Assembly (NCBI GenBank): GCA_963807635.1
Contig: CAWEDJ010000073.1
Location: 64,001-128,000 of the forward strand
Length of the DNA stretch: 64,000 nt
From: an uncultured cyanobacterium
GTDB taxonomy: Bacteria > Cyanobacteriota > Cyanobacteriia > Cyanobacteriales > Microcystaceae
Direction: 5' to 3'
Shown here piece by piece: positions 56,907 to 64,000 of this stretch. Positions within the stretch are counted from its first letter, which is position 1. The number at the start of each line of letters is the position of its first letter. A program made the translations under genes and the position numbers. The notes beneath the pieces were generated by a model. That model searched no databases. It was not told where the DNA came from and saw nothing but the letters and a program-made list of their open reading frames with translations.

Positions 56907-58434
56907 ATGAAATTAGCCTATTGGATGTACGCTGGCCCTGCCCACATTGGAACCCTACGGATTGCCAGTTCCTTCAAAAATGTTCATGCCATTATGCACG
57001 CCCCCTTGGGAGATGACTATTTTAACGTCATGCGTTCTATGCTGGAGCGGGAACGGAATTTTACCCCAGTTACCACCAGCGTCGTCGATCGCAACGTATT
57101 GGCCAGAGGCTCCCAGGAAAAAGTCATTGATAATATTGTTCGCAAAGATGCAGAAGAGCATCCCGATTTGATTGTTCTCACCCCGACTTGTACTTCCAGC
57201 ATTCTCCAAGAAGATCTTGCCAATTTCGTCAATCGCGCTCAAATGGAATCCAAAGGCGATGTCATGTCTGGCCGATGTCAATCATTATCGTTTTAATGAA
57301 CTCCAAGCCAGCGATCGCACTCTCTCCCAAGTAGTCCAGTTTTATCTCGAAAAAGCCCGCAAAAAAGGCGAATTACCAGAGGGCAAAACGGAAATGCCTT
57401 CGGTAAATATTATCGGAATTTCGACGCTAGGTTTCCATAACCAACATGATTGCACCGAATTAAAACGTTTAATGGCGGATTTAGGGATTACCGTTAATGC
57501 CGTCATTCCAGAAGGCGCATCGGTTCATCAACTCAAAAATCTTCCCCGTGCTTGGTTTAATTTGGTTCCTTATCGGGAAGTCGGTTTAATGGCCGCTCGT
57601 TATTTGGAAGAAAATTTTGGGATGCCCTACGTGGATATTACGCCGATGGGTGTGGTGGAAACCGCTCGTTGTATCCGTAAAATTCAACAAGTTCTCAATG
57701 CTCAGGGGAGCGATGTTAACTACGAAGATTTTATTAATAATCAAACCCTCTATGTTTCCCAAGCCGCTTGGTTTTCCCGTTCCATCGACTGTCAGAATTT
57801 AACAGGCAAAAAAGCAGTGGTTTTTGGGGACAATACCCACGCCGCCGCTATGACTAAAATTTTGGCGCGAGAAATGGGCATTCACGTCGTCTTAGCAGGA
57901 ACCTATTGCAAATATGATGCAGATTGGTTCAAGCAAGAAGTCAGTGAATATTGTGATGAAGTTCTCATTAGTGAAGATAACGGGGAAATTGGGGATGCGA
58001 TCGCCCGTTTGGAACCTTCTGCTATTTTTGGAACCCAGATGGAACGTCATGTCGGGAAACGCTTAGATATTCCCTGTGGTGTCATTGCGGCTCCCATTCA
58101 TATTCAGAATTTCCCTTTGGGTTATAAGCCATTTTTGGGTTATGAAGGGACAAATCAAGTAGCAGATTTGGTTTACAATTCCTTCACTTTGGGAATGGAA
58201 GATCACCTCTTAGAAATCTTTGGCGGTCATGATACCAAGGAAGTAATTACCAAGGGAATTTCTGCTGGTTCCGATTTAGGTTGGAATAAGGAAGCCCAGG
58301 GTGAATTAAATAAAATTCCTGGTTTTGTACGCGGTAAGGTCAAACGCAATACGGAAAAATATGCCCGCGATCGCGGTTTTAATGTGATTACTTTAGAGGT
58401 CATGTACGCCGCCAAAGAAGCCGTTGGAGCTTAA
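56907..58434 (+). CDS. chlB: Light-independent protochlorophyllide reductase subunit B (apparent frameshift near 57267)
   Basis: [61 protein letters not shown]. Confidence 0.97.
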
Positions 58435-58441
58435 TTAAAAA

Positions 58442-58469
58442 GTAGGGGTTGAATCGATTCAGCCCTTAC
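58442..58469 (+). repeat. GTAG-type REP-like palindrome downstream of chlB
   Basis: GTAGGGGTTGAATCGATTCAGCCCTTAC. Confidence 0.65.
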
Positions 58470-58543
58470 CAGAATTTTTAGAAGGTTTTAGATTCCGATT
58501 TGGTGTATTGTCCTATCAGTCTATTGTTTCTCTCTCTAAATTT

Positions 58544-58753
58544 ATGAAACCAACAACAATTTATTTACCTGAAGAAACAGAAAATCAACTCCAAGAAATT
58601 GCTAATAACACAGGAAAATCCATTGCCGAATTAATCCAAGAGTTAATTATTAGCCAGTTTCCTCAATCATCAAAAAAATTGCCTAAATCGGTGGGAATGG
58701 GAGCAAGTGGAAGAGCGGATCTATCTTCTAAGGTAGATCAATTATTATTGTAA
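58544..58753 (+). CDS. CopG/RHH-type (VapB-like) antitoxin, orphan
   Basis: MK.TTIYLPE....L...A...GKS.AELI; LPKS.GMGASGR.DLS..VD.LL. Confidence 0.75.
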   Translation: MKPTTIYLPEETENQLQEIANNTGKSIAELIQELIISQFPQSSKKLPKSVGMGASGRADLSSKVDQLLL

Positions 58754-58837
58754 ATGAGATCTCGTTTGCAGATGGTACAGAATTTGAGACAATCGACACA
58801 TAGAAGAATAATGTACTAACTCAATAATTTGAAAACG

Positions 58838-60801
58838 ATGTCAGAATCCAATATCGAATCCATCCTTAATGAAGAGCGGTCTTTTAGTCCCTCTGCTGAA
58901 TTTGCGAATCAATCCTATGTGCGGAGTCCCCGCGAATATGAGCAACTCTATAGTAAAGCCGCCGCCAATCCCGAACGCTTTTGGGCAGAATTAGCCGAAC
59001 AAGAACTCCATTGGTTCCAAAAATGGGAGACGGTACTGGACTGGCAACCCCCCAATGCTAAATGGTTTGTCGGGGGTAAATTAAATATTTCCTACAACTG
59101 CCTAGACCGTCATTTAACCACTTGGCGACGCAATAAGGCGGCCATTATTTGGGAAGGAGAACCTGGGGATTCTCGCACCATTACCTACGGAGAATTGCAC
59201 CGTGAAGTGTGTCTTTTTGCTAATGCCATGAAGCAATTGGGAGTGACAAAAAGGCGATCGCGTCGCCATTTATATGCCCATGATTCCCGAAGCGGCGATT
59301 GCCATGTTGGCCTGTGCCAGAATCGGAGCGGCCCATAGTGTCATTTTTGGCGGATTTAGTGCCGAAGCCGTCCGCGATCGCCTGGTAGATGCCGAAGCCA
59401 AATTAGTCGTAACCGCCGATGGGGGTTTCCGCAAGGATAAAGTGATTGCCCTGAAGGAACAGGTGGATCTGGCGATCGAACACGGTGCGCCTAGTGTGCA
59501 AAATGTTTTAGTCGTTCAACGCACCAAAGCAGAAGTGAAATGGGTAGAAGGTCGGGATCATTGGTGGCATGACCTCAAAAGCCAAGTTTCCGCCGATTGT
59601 CCCGCCGAGCCGATGGACAGCGAAGATATGCTCTTCATTCTCTACACCTCTGGCAGTACGGGCAAACCGAAGGGAGTCGTCCACACCACAGGCGGCTATA
59701 ACCTCTACACCCACATGACCAGCAAATGGATTTTTGATCTCAAAGATACAGACGTTTATTGGTGTACTGCCGATGTGGGCTGGATTACGGGACACAGTTA
59801 TATCGTCTATGGACTCTATCCAACGGTGCGACAACGGTGATGTATGAAGGCGTTCCCCGTCCCTCCGATCCTGGCGTTTCTGGGATGTGATCGAAAAATA
59901 TGGCGTAATATTTTCTATACTGCTCCGACGGCGATTCGCGCTTTTATTGAAATGGGAGAAGACATTCCTAACGCTCGCAATCTCTCTTCGTTGCGTCTAC
60001 TCGGAACCGTTGGCGAACCCATCAATCCCGAGGCATGGATATGGTATCACCGCGTCATTGGCGGAAAAATGCCCGATTGTCGATACCTGGTGGCAAACGG
60101 AAACGGGAGGGATTATGATTACCCCTTTGCCCGGGGCGATCGCCTACCAAACCTGGTTCCTGTACCCGTCCTTTTCCTGGAATTATTGCCGAGATTGTCG
60201 ATTTAGAGGGAAATCCCGTTGAAGCCAATCAAGGCGGTTATCTCATTGTTAAACATCCCTGGCCGAGCATGATTCGCAATGTCTATGGTGATCCTGACCG
60301 TTTCCGTCGTACCTATTGGGAGCATATCCCCCCGAAAGATGGAAAATACGTCTATTTTGCAGGGGATGGTGCCAGAAAAGATGAAGATGGTTACTATTGG
60401 GTCATGGGACGGGTCGATGATGTGATTAGCGTCTCTGGCCATCGTTTAGGCACAATGGAAGTCGAATCGGCATTAGTTTCCCATCCCTCTGTCGCTGAAG
60501 CCGCAGTGGTGGGCAAACCCGATGATTTGACAGGGGAAGCGATTTTTGCCTTTGTCATCCTAGAGGGTCAACATTCTCCCAGTGAAGCCCTAGCCAAGGA
60601 ACTCAAACAACACGTTGTCGAAGAAATTGGTGCGATCGCCCGTCCCAGTGAGATTCGCTTCACCGATGTTTTACCCAAAACGCGATCGGTAAGATTATGC
60701 GGCGTTTGTTGCGGAATCTAGCATCGGGTCAGGAAATTGCTGGCGATACTTCGACCTTAGAGGATCGTTCCGTTCTAGATAAATTGCGCGAAGGTGCTTA
60801 A
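58838..60801 (+). CDS. acsA: Acetyl-CoA synthetase (several apparent frameshifts)
   Basis: [55 protein letters not shown]. Confidence 0.95.
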
Positions 60802-60903
60802 TTTTGTTGGAATAATCCCCTGGATAAAAACGGGGGATGTTTATCTTGCTACAATTAGAGTAATTTTTATGACAAGCTAACCTTGTCTGCTTAATCAATC
60901 ACT

Positions 60904-61364
60904 ATGGCTGTTCTTACCAATTATCAACAACTATACGAAACTCGATGATCTTCAATGGTGAGAGGAAACGATCGCTTTATTGAAAAATCGTCAATTTGAA
61001 GCATTAGATCTGGATAATTTAATTGAGCAGTTGGAAGATTTGGGGAGTGAAAAGAGAAATGCGGTAGTCAGTTTATTAGATCAAGTAATTCGTCATTTTG
61101 CTTTTATTAGAATATTGGGAATCCGAAGTAACGAATAACAGCATTCATTGGCAAGGCGAAATCTATAATTTTCGACTGCAACTACAGGATAAATGACTCA
61201 AACGCTTTATAATCACTTGGTTTATAAATTAGATGTGATTTATGGACGTGCATTAAAAGCAGTTAATATCAAAACTCAAAAGTCAGTTGATTTCCCCGAA
61301 AAATGTCCCTATTCTCTTTGAAGAGTTGTTGGATATAGACTGGTTGCCAATTTGTAGAGGGTAA
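60904..61364 (+). pseudogene. DUF29 family gene with multiple frameshifts (pseudogene or low-quality sequence)
   Basis: Frames give LYE...QW.EETI.LLKNRQFEALDLDNLIEQLEDLGSEKRN...HWQGEI.NFR...FPEKCPY...LLD.DWLP; about four breaks. Confidence 0.7.
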
Positions 61365-61507
61365 ACATTTTCCTTGCTGTAAATTTTTCGCTGATTACGT
61401 CTCATGCGATCGCGAAAATCTTATCGTATTGTTTCACAGAATAATCTATTAACGAATTATTTACAGGTAAAAAATTACTACACATTGTCGAAAAACGCGG
61501 ACTAGAT

Positions 61508-61543
61508 GCGATCGCTTTTTTAATTCGAGAAGATGGCGATCGC
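61508..61543. repeat. HIP1-bounded repeat unit
   Basis: GCGATCGC-TTTTTTAATTCGAGAAGATG-GCGATCGC, 6 nt from the end of the XRE pseudogene. Confidence 0.65.
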
Positions 61544-61549
61544 AGGATT

Positions 61550-61845
61550 TCAGCTAACAAGGCTCATTTTGACTCGTTGATTAAGTGCGGTGGCAATTTT
61601 TTATAGCATTATTAGAGGATTGTCTTGATAGTCAGCGTCCTCTAGGTCTTCAATAACGGATTGTTCAACATAGATTAGGTCAGCTAGTTTGTTGTTGGGT
61701 TAATCCAGTCTATTTGTTCAGAGAGTTATGAAATCAGTTGTGCGATTTCTGCGTTGAGAGATTCTAGGGCAATTTGTTCTTGGATTGTAGGATCGTCTGC
61801 GATCATTTGGTGAATGATTTTTATAGCATCTGTGGTTTTAGGCAT
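61550..61845 (-). pseudogene. Degraded XRE/HTH (HigA-like) antitoxin gene
   Basis: MPKTTDAIKII..MI...ESLNAEIAQLI then GLTQQ..LADLI...QSVIEDLEDADY...ML..IATALNQRV, with stops and frameshifts. Confidence 0.65.
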
Positions 61846-61934
61846 TGTCTATTTCTCTTTGATAAGTGTGAAGTTCTGGATTTTTTTGTTGTTGGCGGGC
61901 TTTGTTATCTTCATGGGAAGTGAATCGCATTATT

Positions 61935-62189
61935 TTATTTAAATGTGGTTAATTCTTCGCGTAAAATGCGACGTAATAATGATTCTAAGGATTCTCCTTT
62001 TTGTTGAATATAGTCTTGTAGGGCTTGGTTAATTAAGGTTTGGTAGTTACCGCCATTTTGGGCGTTGACCGTTTCTCGAAACCAGTCAATAATTTCATTA
62101 TCAAGATATAGGGTAATCTGAGTTTTTCCTTGGGGAATGAGATCGATTGCGCCTCGTTTTCCAGTGCTAAAGTCGTATTGTTCTTTCAT
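61935..62189 (-). CDS. BrnA-like antitoxin
   Basis: MKE.YDFS.GKRGA...GK..IT.YLD.EI..WFR.......YQTLIN.AL. Confidence 0.85.
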   Translation of the reverse strand: MKEQYDFSTGKRGAIDLIPQGKTQITLYLDNEIIDWFRETVNAQNGGNYQTLINQALQDYIQQKGESLESLLRRILREELTTFK

Positions 62190-62192
62190 AAT

Positions 62193-62465
62193 TTATCCTT
62201 CATATTGTTGGCGTTCAATTTTGTTGGCTTTGCGGGCTGAGATGATTCTGATTGTATTTTGATCTCGATAGGTATAAGCAATAACCAGAATTCGTCTGAA
62301 AAAGTCTAATCCTATTATAATAAATCTTTCTTCGTCGGGATGATCATCGCTAATCATGATGGCGAATTTGTCATTAAAGACAGAAACTGCGTCTGCAAAT
62401 TGGATGCTATGTTTACGAAGGTTGGAACGTGCTTTGTTGCGATCCCATTCATATTCGTATTGCAT
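62193..62465 (-). CDS. BrnT family toxin
   Basis: EWD..KA..NL.KH.I.F.DA..VF.D, EERF..IG, IRIISARKA...ER..YE. Confidence 0.9.
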   Translation of the reverse strand: MQYEYEWDRNKARSNLRKHSIQFADAVSVFNDKFAIMISDDHPDEERFIIIGLDFFRRILVIAYTYRDQNTIRIISARKANKIERQQYEG

Positions 62466-62548
62466 GGTGTTTGATCAATAATGCTTTTTTGATATGCGAT
62501 TATATCGGATCGCTGGATAGCTTATAACCTCGTGGTCAACAACGATTG

Positions 62549-62596
62549 TATCGCATTTTTAAATTGAGAGGCGATCATGTTGAAAGAGGCGATCGC
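62549..62596. repeat. Degenerate HIP1-bounded repeat units upstream of brnT
   Basis: TATCGC-ATTTTTAAATTGAGAG-GCGATCAT-GTTGAAAGAG-GCGATCGC. Confidence 0.55.
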
Positions 62597-62654
62597 ATTA
62601 ATAAACATCCCAAAAATCAGATAATTACAAATTCATCATGTTTAAAAGTAAAAA

Positions 62655-62677
62655 GGCGCGTTGAGTAACGCACCTAC
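62655..62677 (-). repeat. GTAG-type REP-like palindrome
   Basis: Minus strand GTAG-GTGCGTTACTCAACGCGCC. Confidence 0.55.
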
Positions 62678-62754
62678 AGCGATGGCGATCGCACTTATTT
62701 TGATATACCGCACTGTTTCAATCTTGCAGTAAGCGAGGCAAACTACTAAGTCAC

Positions 62755-63716
62755 CTACCAAAACTGTGCGTTCCCCTGGTACACACCTATGGACGAGGGT
62801 AGATAACCTTCAGGAATTTCTTCAACGGATTTGTTGGCTATAGCTTGATAAAGTGTTTCCAAACTTAATGGTACTGCGTCAGCACCTTGCCACCCTACTG
62901 CAATACTGAAATTTCTTCGTATTTCAGGATTAACATTTTGTGTTGCTGTGGTTCCGCCGACACGCTGCCAAATTCGAGATTGAATAACAAAACCAAGACG
63001 ATTCTTAGTTGCTTCAGACCATAATTGGTTAATAGTTTTTAGATCAGAGCAAGGTAGTACCCTGATATCACTTGGGTCAAGCCAATCCTGGCTCGGATAT
63101 CGTGATGGTCTTGCTTTGGTAGCTGCTTCTAATAAACTGCTCAGTGTTTGAGCATCCGCACTTTTCCAATCACGAGCTTTCAACAACTTTTGTAGTGGTT
63201 CGTAATTGATTCCATTAGGAGAAAAAACGTAGTTGGAGTAAACCAAAAACTTTTGCCAACAAACCAACCGCTTAATCCAATTAACCCAATACCACCTAAA
63301 ATTACTAGAAGATTCTTTACAGAAGAAGATTTAGAATTAGGATAACTGACTCTAAAGGCTAGCGCATCAAACTTCCCAGCACATTCTTGGATCTGTCGAA
63401 TAATTTCTTCATTGTTCTTTAAGTCCTCCAGGTTATTTCCAATAGATTTCTTCAGAAGCTCAGATAGCTCTTTTGCTTTCTCTTGTGTTATTTCTTGTCC
63501 AATTGCTTCTGGCAATCCTTCAGCAAGATCTCTGAGTTCTGCAATTCTGCTATGAGGCATCTCCCCAGATTTAAGCTGTTGAGCTACTTCCTTAAGACAC
63601 TCACCAACTCTAGAGAAGTATTTTGCGATGCTTTCTCGCTTTTCAACCCCAGCCTTTTTGAAGCTGTCACTAAACTCGAATAATCTTGATACGACTTCTA
63701 TTATGTCCCCAACCAT
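62755..63716 (-). CDS. Membrane-anchored GUN4-like domain protein (apparent frameshift near 63230)
   Basis: Helical N-domain and TM segment (LLVILGGIGLIGLSGW); then Y..LQ.LL....W..AD..T, PC.DL.TIN.LW......GF..Q..IW, VGW, PEGYLP. Confidence 0.75.
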
Positions 63717-64000
63717 TAACTTTGCCCAGTCCTTATGCAGAGATATTAATAGAACTCAGTCCTGAATTTTTTCATATTCACAGCGATCGCGAATCTTGTA
63801 CGGAAATAATAACCTCATTGTGGGTTACTGCGTGCCGACTCAAGTTCGATCACCGATCTTGTAGGGAAATTATAACTCTATTTTTGGTTAATTGTCGGGT
63901 TACTGCGATCACTTTTTCTGATGAAGTGCGATCACCTCAATTATCTATCTGAATAAAGGGTTTGCGGTATGGAGATCGCTATCCCTATGAGTCGTGATTT

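Overview
Chromosomal segment of a unicellular cyanobacterium, probably Chroococcales (Synechocystis/Snowella/Woronichinia-like; inferred). Evidence: very abundant HIP1 octamer GCGATCGC, split-type rpoC1, vipp1, ndhA-I-G-E, chlB and a SigE-type sigma factor. Most of the window is housekeeping: lpxC, bamA, purC, trx, vipp1, rpoC1, comM/yifB, cbiD, glgC, cobL, pgi, aroA, murT-like, ndhAIGE, sigE, priA, topA, egtD, uvrD-like, chlB, acsA. Many essential genes carry frameshifts or odd substitutions, mostly at or beside GATC/CGATCG, GGCC and CCWGG motifs. These are treated as probable long-read base-calling errors at methylated sites, not pseudogenes. Three accessory patches stand out. (1) 0.3-2.7 kb and (2) 60.9-64 kb are strings of small toxin-antitoxin-type modules whose boundaries are filled by co-oriented ~29-30 bp units bracketed by HIP1 octamers. 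This resembles a cassette array with no integrase in view and is the best candidate for an undescribed system. (3) 20.9-24.1 kb holds a REP-associated tyrosine transposase flanked by inverted REP pairs, next to a Ser/Thr kinase-FGE/CLec protein. That protein's C-terminus looks like a DGR variable repeat, and it is translationally coupled to a small putative Cys-His-Asp enzyme. No rRNA, tRNA, CRISPR array, reverse transcriptase or integrase was seen. All family assignments come from motif recognition by eye, not database searches.
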